Shown here in pieces: positions 30,452 to 40,240 of a stretch of 64,000 bases of DNA. The stretch covers positions 32,001 to 96,000 of the forward strand of contig CAXXXF010000007.1 in assembly GCA_963667175.2 (NCBI GenBank). Direction: 5' to 3'. Position numbers and translations under genes: made by a program. This stretch comes from Candidatus Latescibacterota bacterium. Its GTDB lineage: Bacteria; Latescibacterota; UBA2968; GCA-2709665. Below the pieces are notes generated by a model, which was not told where the DNA came from, ran no database searches, and was given only the letters and a program-made list of their open reading frames with translations. How positions within the stretch are numbered: position 1 is the first letter of the stretch; every line of letters starts with the position of its first letter.

Positions 30452-30580
30452 TGTTCCTCCTGACGGTTGTGGATGTTGTATGTTTTCATAGAGGCTCTCG
30501 ATAAGACTCTTTTAGTGCGACTTCAACGCAAAACGCGCTCATGTTTCTTTATGCTCCCGGCTATCGAAAGGCATTGAAGT

Positions 30581-30685
30581 CCCCCCTCCGCATCAGCCGT
30601 CGCCTGACGGCTCGGCTTCTGCCTGTCTGCCGTTCCAACGGGACAGGCAGGCGCAGGCAGGCGACTCCCCTCAAGGGGGGAGTGA
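30581..30685. repeat. REP-like element with nested mini-hairpin
   Basis: CCCCCTCCGCATCAGCCGTCGCC..GGCTTCTGC..GACTCCCCTCAAGGGGGGAGTGA; related copies at 31839-31983 and, inverted, at 36157-36249. Confidence 0.85.
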
Positions 30686-30771
30686 TAAAACCGTCAATCC
30701 TGCTCGCGCTTCTACCTTCACCTGTTTCGTTGCGGATGAGCCCAGCGAAGCCGCGCCAGGGCAGATAGAGT

Positions 30772-30850
30772 GAAACGCCACCCCCACCCTCACATCGGTC
30801 CGATGCGATTGGGGCTTCTGTCCGTGGCGATGGCGGCGGGCACGAAGCTG
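30772..30850 (-). repeat. Degenerate copy of the sulfatase 3' end
   Basis: GAAACGCCA..CCCTCACATCGGTCCGATGCGAT..GAAGCTG matches 32285-32364. Confidence 0.85.
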
Positions 30851-30892
30851 GCTGGCCCGGTTCCGAACCTTTCGATAGGTGTCAGAACCTGC

Positions 30893-31492
30893 CTATGACC
30901 TCCCCGCACGTACTGCCGGGTTTTCAGGGTCTTCCATCCATTGCGCCGGGTTGTCAAAGATGTACTGACGAATGTGATTCAGGTCCACGTCATTACGTAT
31001 GACGTGTTCAAAGTAATTCCGTTGCCAGAATGGTCTGCCAACGGTGTCGCGAAAGGCGTTGATCCGTCTGGCCGAAAAGGTCTTGAAAGCCCTCACAATT
31101 TCGGGTAAACCATGTCGAGGCGCATTCTTGGATGTAGGGGCAGGTTTCAAACCTGCCCCTACCCGCGGGACGTGTACAAGTGCGTGCGCCAGGATCAGGA
31201 TGGCGTGCAGGGGGTTGGGCATCAATATCCGGAGGTCTATCTTCACGTGCGGATAATGGCGCGGCAACCCTTCCCAGACATCCTGCGTTAGTCGACCAAT
31301 TTCGCTGTAGCGCATTGTGCCATTTATTACGTCACCAAACTCACACACACGATTCCGGGTGCAAATTGTGACAAAATAGGCTCCAGGACGGCTGTAATCA
31401 AAACCCTTCAGGCGTACATTCCTACGGCGGGACGCAGACAGATTGCCGGTGTGCATCGATGGACCAACGATTGGGCGCTCAATACCTTTCAT
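30893..31492 (-). CDS. RAYT paralog with HUH motif mutated to PLH, probably inactive
   Basis: Near-identical to 27525..28124 but reads MPNPLH. Confidence 0.85.
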   Translation of the reverse strand: MKGIERPIVGPSMHTGNLSASRRRNVRLKGFDYSRPGAYFVTICTRNRVCEFGDVINGTMRYSEIGRLTQDVWEGLPRHYPHVKIDLRILMPNPLHAILILAHALVHVPRVGAGLKPAPTSKNAPRHGLPEIVRAFKTFSARRINAFRDTVGRPFWQRNYFEHVIRNDVDLNHIRQYIFDNPAQWMEDPENPAVRAGRS

Positions 31493-32058
31493 AGACGGTC
31501 ATGCTTTCAGGTGGGTTCGCATGTCTTTCAGCGAGGAGCATTCGTGAATGCGCGGGCAGGTTTGAAACCTGCCCCTACGAATTTGGGTTTGAGATGCGTC
31601 TTATTGCGGGGAGAATTTTATAGTTTACATCATCCTACTCTGGCGTAGCCGGGCATTGACGTCAACCAATTGTCGCACCCGCTAATAAAGCGCTACTTCC
31701 AGGTCCCACTCGTACGGTTCGCCGCCCTCTAATCGTGTCATCTATTTAACGCTCCCCGTAATAAGGACCTTACAGAGACTTTTACGCTAAATGCATTAAT
31801 GTTCATTCAATCTGCTTGCTCACAGTAGGGCGTTTAAATCCCCCCTCCGCATCAGCCGTCGCCTGCCCTTCGACCCTACGACAGGCTCAGGGACCGCAAG
31901 CTCAGGGAACCGGCTTGGCTTCTGCCTGCCTGCCGCGCTCCGCTTGGCGCAGGCAGGCGACTCCCCCCTCAAGGGGGGATTGATTGAACCGTTGAGTGCG
32001 CGTATTCACTCGTGCCTATTCGTGCGCATCTGAGCAAAGCCATGCCGGGCTAAGTTAA

Positions 32059-32272
32059 TCTTGATTCGTGGTTCTCAGGGAACGTGAATTCGAAAAAACG
32101 CACGTGAATAAAGGCAATTTAACGTCGGATTTTCAGGAACCTTCAGTTCACTGGACGCGAACCGAGAATACATGCCTTTGGACGACCTCTACACGCCGTT
32201 TCGAAGCCATGCCCTTTGTGTCTTTTGTGCTTTTTGTGGCTGATTTTTCGGTTGTCTTTTTTCGAATTGAGG
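32059..32272 (+). mobile_element. MITE copy 3 (internally deleted, degenerate)
   Basis: Matches both ends of 627-990 and lacks the centre. Confidence 0.7.
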
Positions 32273-32303
32273 GTGAGAGTCGGAGAAACGCCATCCCCCT
32301 CCC

Positions 32304-33761
32304 TCACATCGGTCCGATGCGATCGGGACCTCGGTCCATGGCGAGCATGGAGGCGTCGAAGCTGCGTTGCATCAGGTCGAGTTTGACGTGGGCGTGATCG
32401 GGGTTGTCCCAGAGATTGTCAAACTCACCGGGATCCTCCTCGAGGTCATACAGTTCGCCCAAGGCGTGCCCGTGGTAGACGACGATCTTGAACCGGCGGT
32501 CGCGGTACATCGTGGCGAGGGTCCCGTCGGCCTGGTCCAGCGCATCGTAGAATTCACATCGGACGTATTCACGATGTTCGTCGGCCGGTTTCTCGCCGCT
32601 GAGCATCGGCGCCAGTGAACGTGCCTGTATCCGCTCAGGAACGGGTAACCCCGCCAGTTCCAACAGCAGCGGGGCGACGTCGCGCAGTTCCACGAGCGCG
32701 TCGCTTCGCCGGCCGGACGTCACGTGTCCGGGCCACGAGAAGATCAGCGGCACCCTTACCAGCCCTTCGTAGAAGCGGCATCCCTTCTGAATCAGCCCGT
32801 GGTCTCCCAGCATCTCGCCGTGATCGCTGGTGAAGATCACGAGTGTATTGTCACGTTGTCCGGTAGCTTGCAGAGCGGCCATGATCCGGCCGACCTGATC
32901 GTCGATCAGCTTGATCATGGCATAATACGCGGCGATCAGCGTTTTCGCATCCCGTTTGCCGACGGTTTCCGGCTCCACCAGTCCGCGGGTCTGCGTCCAG
33001 GGGATCACCGGGCTCCTGATGTCCAGGTCGCGCGGATGCCGGCCTTTGGACTGGAAGTCGATGGATTCGAGTGCCTTCTGTTGTGCCAGATCGCTTTCCC
33101 GAAACAACGGTCCGCCCACCTGTTCCGGATCGAACAGGTCGCGGTACGTCCCGGGCGGATTGAACGGCGGATGCGGGTCGTAGATGTTCACGGAAGCCAG
33201 CCAGGGGCCTTCACGCGCTTCGCTCAGGAAGTCGATGGTCTTTTCCGCGCACCACGTGGTCTGGTGCAGCTCGGCCGGCACGCCGTCCAAGCTCTTCGTC
33301 AGTTCGCCCAGCACCTCCCCCTTCGACCGAACCCAGTCGGCGTAGTCGTGTCCGGTTTCCCAGTCGTCCCTGGGCGCGTGGCTGTATTGCCAGTACCGGT
33401 ACCCGTCGTCTACCCGCGCTTCCACGCGACCGAACGCGCTGGACAGGTGCAACTTGCCGATCAGGCCGCAATCGTAGCCGCTGTCGGCAAGCAACTTCGT
33501 GACGAGGGGAGGCGCATCCGGAAAATGTGAATTGCCATTGCCGTTCACGTGGACGGCGCTCGCATATTGGCCGGTCAGGAAACTCGCGCGGCTGGGCGTG
33601 CAGATCGGGCTCTGGCAGTACGCGTGCGTAAACGCGAATCCCTCCGCGACAAGCCGGTCTATATTGGGCGTGTCGACGTGGGGATTCCCCAGCGCGCCGA
33701 TGGTATCGTACCGCTGCTGGTCCGTACAGATCCACAGGATATTCGGTCTGGATCCCTTCAT
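32304..33761 (-). CDS. Sulfatase (formylglycine-dependent)
   Basis: PNILWICTDQQR, CTPSR, GKLHL and FTSDHG motifs. Confidence 0.93.
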   Translation of the reverse strand: MKGSRPNILWICTDQQRYDTIGALGNPHVDTPNIDRLVAEGFAFTHAYCQSPICTPSRASFLTGQYASAVHVNGNGNSHFPDAPPLVTKLLADSGYDCGLIGKLHLSSAFGRVEARVDDGYRYWQYSHAPRDDWETGHDYADWVRSKGEVLGELTKSLDGVPAELHQTTWCAEKTIDFLSEAREGPWLASVNIYDPHPPFNPPGTYRDLFDPEQVGGPLFRESDLAQQKALESIDFQSKGRHPRDLDIRSPVIPWTQTRGLVEPETVGKRDAKTLIAAYYAMIKLIDDQVGRIMAALQATGQRDNTLVIFTSDHGEMLGDHGLIQKGCRFYEGLVRVPLIFSWPGHVTSGRRSDALVELRDVAPLLLELAGLPVPERIQARSLAPMLSGEKPADEHREYVRCEFYDALDQADGTLATMYRDRRFKIVVYHGHALGELYDLEEDPGEFDNLWDNPDHAHVKLDLMQRSFDASMLAMDRGPDRIGPM

Positions 33762-33792
33762 GGATGCCCCGCTGGCAAATAAAAGCGTTTCA

Positions 33793-34638
33793 TCATGCGT
33801 TTCCCCTCTCAACAAGCCTTACGCCTTCCTTCATCCAATCGCTGACGCAGGTGACGTCGTTGACGGCGCGCATCGCGATATTTCGTGACGCGTGACTCAA
33901 GTCCAGCCTGCGGATGACGATCTCGTCAGAAAACATCCCTGCTTCCGCCAACACGTTGCCGTCCGGATGGATGATCTTCGACTCGCCATGCGAAGACCCG
34001 GCACGGTCGATATCCGTCGGATCGGCCGGCGCATTGGCCATCACCACGTAGATGCCGTTTTCCGTTGCGCGGCTGATGGGCATGGCCCGGTACGCCGATA
34101 ATTTGTGCTCCAGCGTGACCGAACTCTCGCAGCTGCAGAAGAAGCAGACCTGCGCGCCTGCCGCCGCGGGCAGCCGTACGAGTTCGGGATAGCGAACGTC
34201 GTGACAGATCAGGAAACAACACGGAACGCCGCACAGACTGTAGATTGGGAGGTGTTGAGAAGGCTCGAACCAGCGCTCGCCCGCAAGATGGATCTTCCCG
34301 TAACGTCCCCGCACGGCGCCGTCTCTGTCCACAACGAGCAGGCTGTTGAAGCGTTTCCCGCCATCCAGATGGGTTGAGCCGACGATTGCCGCGATGTTCC
34401 TTTCACGGCAGGCGCGGATGATCTTCCTCTCGGCGTTTTCGATTCGGGTCTGATTCCGGTCCGTCCAGAAATCCGGTCGGTCGCAGTAGCCGAACAGGAC
34501 GCCTTCCTGGAACGCGGCCACGTCCACGTTCTTCCGGGCGCAGGCAGTCAGCCGTTCGACGACCCCGATCGCGTTTTTCTCAACCTCTTCGCCGGCGTGC
34601 ATCTGGACCGCGGCGACGCGCAGCCACTTCCGGGACAT
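33793..34638 (-). CDS. Carbon-nitrogen hydrolase (nitrilase superfamily)
   Basis: E-K-C triad in FQEG, YGKIHL and LICHDVRYPE. Confidence 0.9.
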   Translation of the reverse strand: MSRKWLRVAAVQMHAGEEVEKNAIGVVERLTACARKNVDVAAFQEGVLFGYCDRPDFWTDRNQTRIENAERKIIRACRERNIAAIVGSTHLDGGKRFNSLLVVDRDGAVRGRYGKIHLAGERWFEPSQHLPIYSLCGVPCCFLICHDVRYPELVRLPAAAGAQVCFFCSCESSVTLEHKLSAYRAMPISRATENGIYVVMANAPADPTDIDRAGSSHGESKIIHPDGNVLAEAGMFSDEIVIRRLDLSHASRNIAMRAVNDVTCVSDWMKEGVRLVERGNA

Positions 34639-34743
34639 ATTTCGGCCTCCTGGACGATAGTATATTACGCGGCATTCGCAATATAACGCGCGAGAATGAA
34701 CGATGCGAGAAACAAGGAATGAGGGCCGGGAGTGCCCGATGGC

Positions 34744-36066
34744 TCAGGCGCGGTCCGCGGATGTTGTCGGCGTCTGATAGAAGGCCATGCTGGCGTAGCT
34801 GACCAGCGAACCGGTATCCTCCTGGCGGTTCTGCCCGTAGCTGAGCAGGTCGCCCCGGCATGCGGCGCCCGGCAGGAGCGCGTGGAGCGAGAACAGGCCG
34901 GCGACAGCGTCCACGTTCCGGCCGTTCCCGTCGGCATGCAAACAGCGGCGCAAGCCTGCCGCATCGAATCGTAGCGCGTATCCGAGCAGGTCACGATCGG
35001 CCTCTTCGCAGGCGGCGGCCGCCGCATCGTCGACGCGGTCGGGGTGGCCGAATTTGGGACCGACATGCGCCAGGTCCACGCTGAGCACGTAGAGTGTGCG
35101 CTTACCGCTGGCGGACACGGCTTCTCGTAGCGCATCGAGTTCGGTCGAAACTTCGGGGGCCTGCAACGGGTCCCGCCCTTCGCACAGGTCGTGATCGAGG
35201 CTGCCGAGCAGGACGGGCACCGCCTCGTACGGCGGCAGGTCCTCCCGCGCGTGGATGTACTGAAGAAACAGCAGCGCGAACTCCACCGAGTGTTCGGTGC
35301 GGTGCAGCCACTGTTGCTGCGTGACGTCGCGCCCGGCACGCCGCGACCAATCATCGATGATCCGGCCGTTCGACGCCACCCGTCCGAACGGGGTCTCATA
35401 GTGTTTGCCGGTCGCGATCGCGAAGCGCTTACCGGGTTCCGTGCCGCCGTTGTGGGCCACGCCGAGAATGACGTAGAGGTCGAACGGCCGGGACGCGTCG
35501 GCGGCATCGGACAGCGCCGTGAAGGCCGGCGGGTAGGTCTTCCCGCCGGCGCGCAGGTCGATGTGCGGGCACATGATGGCGGCAAGTCCCGTCGTTTGGT
35601 CTCCGTTCGCGGTTCCGTCCTGCGCCTCTTCGGAAGACGCCGCGGCGAAGAAGCCGTCGAGCATTCTCGCCAGTTCCCCGGGATCGGACGGATAGGCGGC
35701 GCCCGCGTGCCAGGCCGGCCGCACGTCCGCATTCTCGAATGCCTCGCGTACCTGTGAAATCCGCGCCGAAGCCACGTGATCATCCAGGTAGCAGCACTCA
35801 CTCAATTTGCCCAGGACGTGACGCACCTCGCCAACCCCCACCTCTCCGCCCGGAAGCGCTTTTCGCAGGGAATCGAGAATCTCATCGACGGTGCGACGGC
35901 CATTCAGTTGCGATAAAATGAAGACCCCTGCAGGTCCGACCAGCAGGGGCTGCGGCGCGATCTCCAGCGGATCGCGCACGTAGAACATACGGCTGCCATC
36001 ATGGTCGACCGGGATCACTTCGACGTTTCGCACACGGGGCAGCGGGGTGTCTGTCGGGGTAGGCAT
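34744..36066 (-). CDS. amrB: AmmeMemoRadiSam system protein B (MEMO1 family)
   Basis: RPAWHAGAAYP, PHID, EHSVE and SVDLAHVG motifs. Confidence 0.85.
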   Translation of the reverse strand: MPTPTDTPLPRVRNVEVIPVDHDGSRMFYVRDPLEIAPQPLLVGPAGVFILSQLNGRRTVDEILDSLRKALPGGEVGVGEVRHVLGKLSECCYLDDHVASARISQVREAFENADVRPAWHAGAAYPSDPGELARMLDGFFAAASSEEAQDGTANGDQTTGLAAIMCPHIDLRAGGKTYPPAFTALSDAADASRPFDLYVILGVAHNGGTEPGKRFAIATGKHYETPFGRVASNGRIIDDWSRRAGRDVTQQQWLHRTEHSVEFALLFLQYIHAREDLPPYEAVPVLLGSLDHDLCEGRDPLQAPEVSTELDALREAVSASGKRTLYVLSVDLAHVGPKFGHPDRVDDAAAAACEEADRDLLGYALRFDAAGLRRCLHADGNGRNVDAVAGLFSLHALLPGAACRGDLLSYGQNRQEDTGSLVSYASMAFYQTPTTSADRA

Positions 36067-36333
36067 GGCTGGCTGGCAACCAACTTTGTCAATTACAATT
36101 AAAACACTACATGATGGGCCGGCATACGGACGACGCGTCCGGTAGAACATCCGTATCACTCCCCCCTTGAGGGGGAGTCGCAGAAGCCGAGCCGGACCCT
36201 GAGCTTGTCGAAGGGTCGAACGGAAGGCGACGGCTGATGCGGTGGGGGGTCACAAACGCGTTGCGAATCCAGCCAGGGTCACTTTACATGCACCCAATTT
36301 ACGTGAAAATCTGACTGGGAAATTCCAAAGGCG

Positions 36334-36792
36334 CTAATGTTCATCAGGTTGCCCAGTGCCGAGATCCGGATGCCGGTACGTGTACAGCAGGCCGATTAGA
36401 CCAAGCTGAATGAGCGCGCCGGGCGCGAGGACCGGGAGGGCGCCGCTTGCGGTCCGGGACACAAGCGCCCAACCGGTCAACCTCGAGTTCATCTCCAGTT
36501 CGAATTCCATATTCCCGTTGATATGAAACCAGAATCCTGCGATTCCCCCCAGTACGAACGCCAGCATCGCCAGCCGAAAGAGCCGGAGGACGACCCGCCC
36601 CTTGAAGCGAACAAGCATCGCCACCACGACGAGGCCCAAAGCAAGCAGCGCGAGGGGCGCCTGCTGCCTCCACTCCTGGAAATGGCCGAGGAGCAGCAAC
36701 TCGGCGCCCAGCCCGACGCTCCCAAGGACGAAGATCAACAGGAGGCCTTGACGGAGAGAGATCATGCGCGGCTTTTTTCCTTCATCTGACAT
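36334..36792 (-). CDS. Hypothetical membrane protein
   Basis: Four hydrophobic segments; ELLLLGH and PVLAPG motifs. Confidence 0.7.
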   Translation of the reverse strand: MSDEGKKPRMISLRQGLLLIFVLGSVGLGAELLLLGHFQEWRQQAPLALLALGLVVVAMLVRFKGRVVLRLFRLAMLAFVLGGIAGFWFHINGNMEFELEMNSRLTGWALVSRTASGALPVLAPGALIQLGLIGLLYTYRHPDLGTGQPDEH

Positions 36793-36845
36793 CGCCTCAA
36801 CCCTTCAGCTTCCGGCGTTCGGACGTTCTGAACACCGGGTTTTCT

Positions 36846-37763
36846 TCACGTCTCATCTCCTGTACGGCCGACGCCATACAGCGCGAAGGAAAAATTGGGC
36901 GCCGGATCGACCAGGTCGGATCTCTCGTTCAGGTATCGGCGTTTCTGATCGCCGGCCGGGATGTCTTCCACTTCCGCAAAGCCGAATCCTGACATGACGT
37001 CCTGCAGCTCCTCGGGCGTAAACGTGGAGATCATGGGCTCTCCGCGTCGCGCCACGAATCGATCCAGCTTGTCGGCGAACGGCAAGCTCTCCACCGCAAC
37101 GAGGTCCCTTTCAATCTTGTAGTCGAGAACAACGCGGCTTCCCGGGGCCGCCACGCCTGCGATGCGGGCAAGTGTTTCGCGTATCGCGTCTTTGGTGAGA
37201 TAGTAGGTCGTCCCCAGCCACGAGAAGAAGGACGGCGTCTGAGGGTCGAATTCCGCCCGGACGAGCGCATCGTCGAGGTGATCGGTTTCAAAGTCGATGG
37301 GTACGAATACCAGATTCGCCGGGATTCCGCCAAAGACACTCGAGACCTTGTCGCGCTTCATGGCCTGGGTCGCGGGATGATCCAGTTCGAATATCCGCAA
37401 TGTCTCCGAAATCCCCTCCTGACGCATGGAGAAGGAATCGAGACCGGCCCCGAGTATCACGTACTGTCCAATGCCTGCCGACAAGGCGTCCATCAGGCGG
37501 TCTTCGGCGTACCGCGCCCGCAGGACAATCTCGGTGTGTACGGGTCGCAATGCCCGGAACACGGTGTGAACGACGATCCGGCTGAGCAATCTGTACCTGG
37601 CAATCCCCCGCCAGAAATCCGATATCATGTCGTATGCGTAGACGTCATCGAAAATCGGCGACTCGTGCCAACGAGAGTGGTACGCACGTACGCACGCCGC
37701 CAGATTCGCCGTTCTGCTCGTCCTGTGCCCATGCGCGGATAACCCGGATTTCTGCGAATCCAT
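36846..37763 (-). CDS. Class I SAM-dependent methyltransferase (LCM-like)
   Basis: QYVILGAGLDS, FELDHP and WLGTTYYL motifs. Confidence 0.88.
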   Translation of the reverse strand: MDSQKSGLSAHGHRTSRTANLAACVRAYHSRWHESPIFDDVYAYDMISDFWRGIARYRLLSRIVVHTVFRALRPVHTEIVLRARYAEDRLMDALSAGIGQYVILGAGLDSFSMRQEGISETLRIFELDHPATQAMKRDKVSSVFGGIPANLVFVPIDFETDHLDDALVRAEFDPQTPSFFSWLGTTYYLTKDAIRETLARIAGVAAPGSRVVLDYKIERDLVAVESLPFADKLDRFVARRGEPMISTFTPEELQDVMSGFGFAEVEDIPAGDQKRRYLNERSDLVDPAPNFSFALYGVGRTGDET

Positions 37764-37788
37764 TCGAAACCTCGGTTGTTAACTCAAC

Positions 37789-38316
37789 CTAAGCGGACTT
37801 CCCCTCCACGAATTTCGCCAGGACGAGCCCGGCCAGGAACCAGGCGATCAGGGAGTCGACGATGATGACGAGCGTATAGGAAGTCGAGAAGCCGAACCAG
37901 TTCCAGTACGGAAAGTGGCTGACAAAACCGATCGCCACGCCCGCAAGCGCGACGAAACGGACCCGCCCCCAGTAGTCCGGAATCGAGGTTCTGCACAGCA
38001 GAAGGATAACGAGCGCGGCGGACACCGCCTGACCGATCAGGGAAATGCCCATCATTTCGCCCATGTTCGTATTGATGCCGTTGGGCAATACGTTCGCAAG
38101 GGCGAACAGCGCCCCCGGCTTGAGGTCTTCCTGGGCGAATGGGAGATAGTACATTCCCGCGGCCGGCGCGTTTTCCTTGAGGACCGCTGAAACAGCCGAT
38201 TCGTCTGCGAATTTGTTTGCAACCGCATTATGCCACGGCAATATCGTCCACGAGACGTAACCCCAGACAAACAGGACAATAGCGGACAGAACCATGGCGA
38301 GGATGCACTTTTTCAC
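37789..38316 (-). CDS. Hypothetical membrane protein
   Basis: Multiple TM helices; GGAGG RBS. Confidence 0.75.
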   Translation of the reverse strand: MKKCILAMVLSAIVLFVWGYVSWTILPWHNAVANKFADESAVSAVLKENAPAAGMYYLPFAQEDLKPGALFALANVLPNGINTNMGEMMGISLIGQAVSAALVILLLCRTSIPDYWGRVRFVALAGVAIGFVSHFPYWNWFGFSTSYTLVIIVDSLIAWFLAGLVLAKFVEGKSA

Positions 38317-38489
38317 CAGGAAACCTCCTTCCGATGGGTAAGCACGAATCCGGCGCCGGCGGACGCGTCGAACCGTCCGCTTCGGGCGCCGTGCGAATTC
38401 AACATTGTTGGCGAGGGCACGTTACCACGGGCAGCCGGTCGCGACTTGCCGGGGCCTTCCGGTTGTCTCTGTCCTGACGAGATCCGGCG

Positions 38490-38852
38490 TCAGTCGCCGA
38501 CGTACTGGCGCAGTTCGAAGACGTTGCCTTCCGTATCGCGGATGACGGCGATACGCACGGGGATGCCGCCGCCGGCTTCCCGGATGTTTCTGACCTCCCC
38601 GCCCCCGGCCGCGACTTCCTTCACGGCGGCGTCGAGATCGTCCACGTGGAGATTCAGCCCGGCGTGGGCGACGGTCCCTTCGGACATCCCGTCAGACAGG
38701 ATGTGGAGCGCCACGATGCATCCTCCGCACCGAAACGTGGTCCATCCGGACGATTCGAACTCCACCTCGAGTCCGATGACGTCGCGGTAAAAGGGCAACG
38801 CCCTGGCCATATCCTTGACGTAGTGCACGACCATGGGTTGTGTCGCGTTCAC
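38490..38852 (-). CDS. VOC family protein
   Basis: V.DMARA..FYRDVIG..DTEGNVFEL. Confidence 0.85.
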   Translation of the reverse strand: MNATQPMVVHYVKDMARALPFYRDVIGLEVEFESSGWTTFRCGGCIVALHILSDGMSEGTVAHAGLNLHVDDLDAAVKEVAAGGGEVRNIREAGGGIPVRIAVIRDTEGNVFELRQYVGD

Positions 38853-38940
38853 GGTTTTCTCCTTTCAGAAATCAACTGCGAAACAGGCAAAATATACGAA
38901 ACAGAAAAAAACGTCCCTGCGAATCAGATTCTGTGAAGCG

Positions 38941-39675
38941 TCAGTCCACAGCCGCCAATAAGGGCGACACCAGGAGCATCAACCCGAACGCCAGCAGCGC
39001 CGCGTAGAGCACACGCTGAAATCGGGCGGCGGGGATGCGCGCGCCGATGATCCGGCCCAGCACCACGGCGACAATGATGGCGGGCACGGCCGGCAGATAG
39101 AATCCGAAGACGTCCCCCGTCCACAGCCCGGCCAACGCATGGCTGCAGACAATGAGCAGGGTCGAGGGAAGGAAGTACCCCTGCAGCGTCGCCCTGAAGC
39201 CCTCGGGCGGCCAACGCCTCAGGATCCCGTAAACGGCCACCGGCGCCGCGTTCACGTTAAAAGCGCTGCCGAGTACGCCGGACAGGAAGCCGAACAGGTG
39301 CGCCCATCGGATATGTTCGAGTCTGGGAAGCACCGACGTCCGCAAGTTATACAGCCCGATCGCGATGAGCAGAATTCCGAGCCCGGCTCTGAAGGCGTCC
39401 TGGGGTGCGTAGCGGAGGACCAGCAGACCCAGTGGTATTCCCGGAATCGAAGCGACGAGCAGATGAAACGCCGACCGGACGTCCAGATCCCGCCAGGACC
39501 GAAAAAGCAGCAGGGCGATCGTGGTCAGCATCGACATGCCGACCAGTGGCGTCGCCACTTCGACGTCGAGTACCGCCAAGAGCATCGGCATTGCCACCAG
39601 CGCGGTCCCGAATCCGAGCGTCGAATGGACCAGCGCAGCCACAAACACGATCGCGACAACCGTCAACAAGAGCAT
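38941..39675 (-). CDS. TauE/SafE family sulfite exporter
   Basis: LGFG..VAMP and G..SG.LG motifs; about 8 TM helices. Confidence 0.85.
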   Translation of the reverse strand: MLLLTVVAIVFVAALVHSTLGFGTALVAMPMLLAVLDVEVATPLVGMSMLTTIALLLFRSWRDLDVRSAFHLLVASIPGIPLGLLVLRYAPQDAFRAGLGILLIAIGLYNLRTSVLPRLEHIRWAHLFGFLSGVLGSAFNVNAAPVAVYGILRRWPPEGFRATLQGYFLPSTLLIVCSHALAGLWTGDVFGFYLPAVPAIIVAVVLGRIIGARIPAARFQRVLYAALLAFGLMLLVSPLLAAVD

Positions 39676-39875
39676 ATCAGGGCGGGCCAGACTCCCGGCA
39701 ATGAGGAATTTTCGTGACGTTGTTCAGGCAAAAGCACGACGCCTGATAGCCGATTCTCCGGAGTTTTCGAAATCCAAACGATCTCTCGTCGTTCATTGCC
39801 TGCTCACTAACCGAGCAATTGGTCAAGACCTTACCCAAAAGGGGGACCAGACCAAAATGCAAATGCCGGATCTAA

Positions 39876-40240
39876 CCTCAATTAGAAAAAAATAACGGCT
39901 AAATCAGCCACAAAAAGCACAAAAGACACAAAAGGTATAGGCGCCAAACGGCGTGTGTCGTAACGCCGTGACCCTACAAGGTAATCCTTGTCTCTCGGCG
40001 ATACGCCCTGTAACCGTTTAGCTGTTTTTGTGCCTCTTGTGGCAATTTGCCTTCAATCGAAAAATCCGGAAAGTCGACACCGCGGAGAAACTTTCCGAAA
40101 CGGGGCGTAGCGGTCGTTTAAATGGACATTTCTTCCGTTCACTTCCAGTGACCTGAAGGTTCTTGGAAATCCGAATTCAAATCGCCTCTATTCACCTGGA
40201 TATATTCGATTTAACGGCACCGGAAAATTACGAATGAAGG
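39876..40240 (-). mobile_element. MITE copy 2 (365 bp)
   Basis: Perfect CTAA target duplication (39872-39875 and 40241-40244); CC..GG termini. Confidence 0.85.

Noticed and set aside
10565-32303. Prophage or ICE
   Set aside because: No integrase, structural, replication or conjugation genes.
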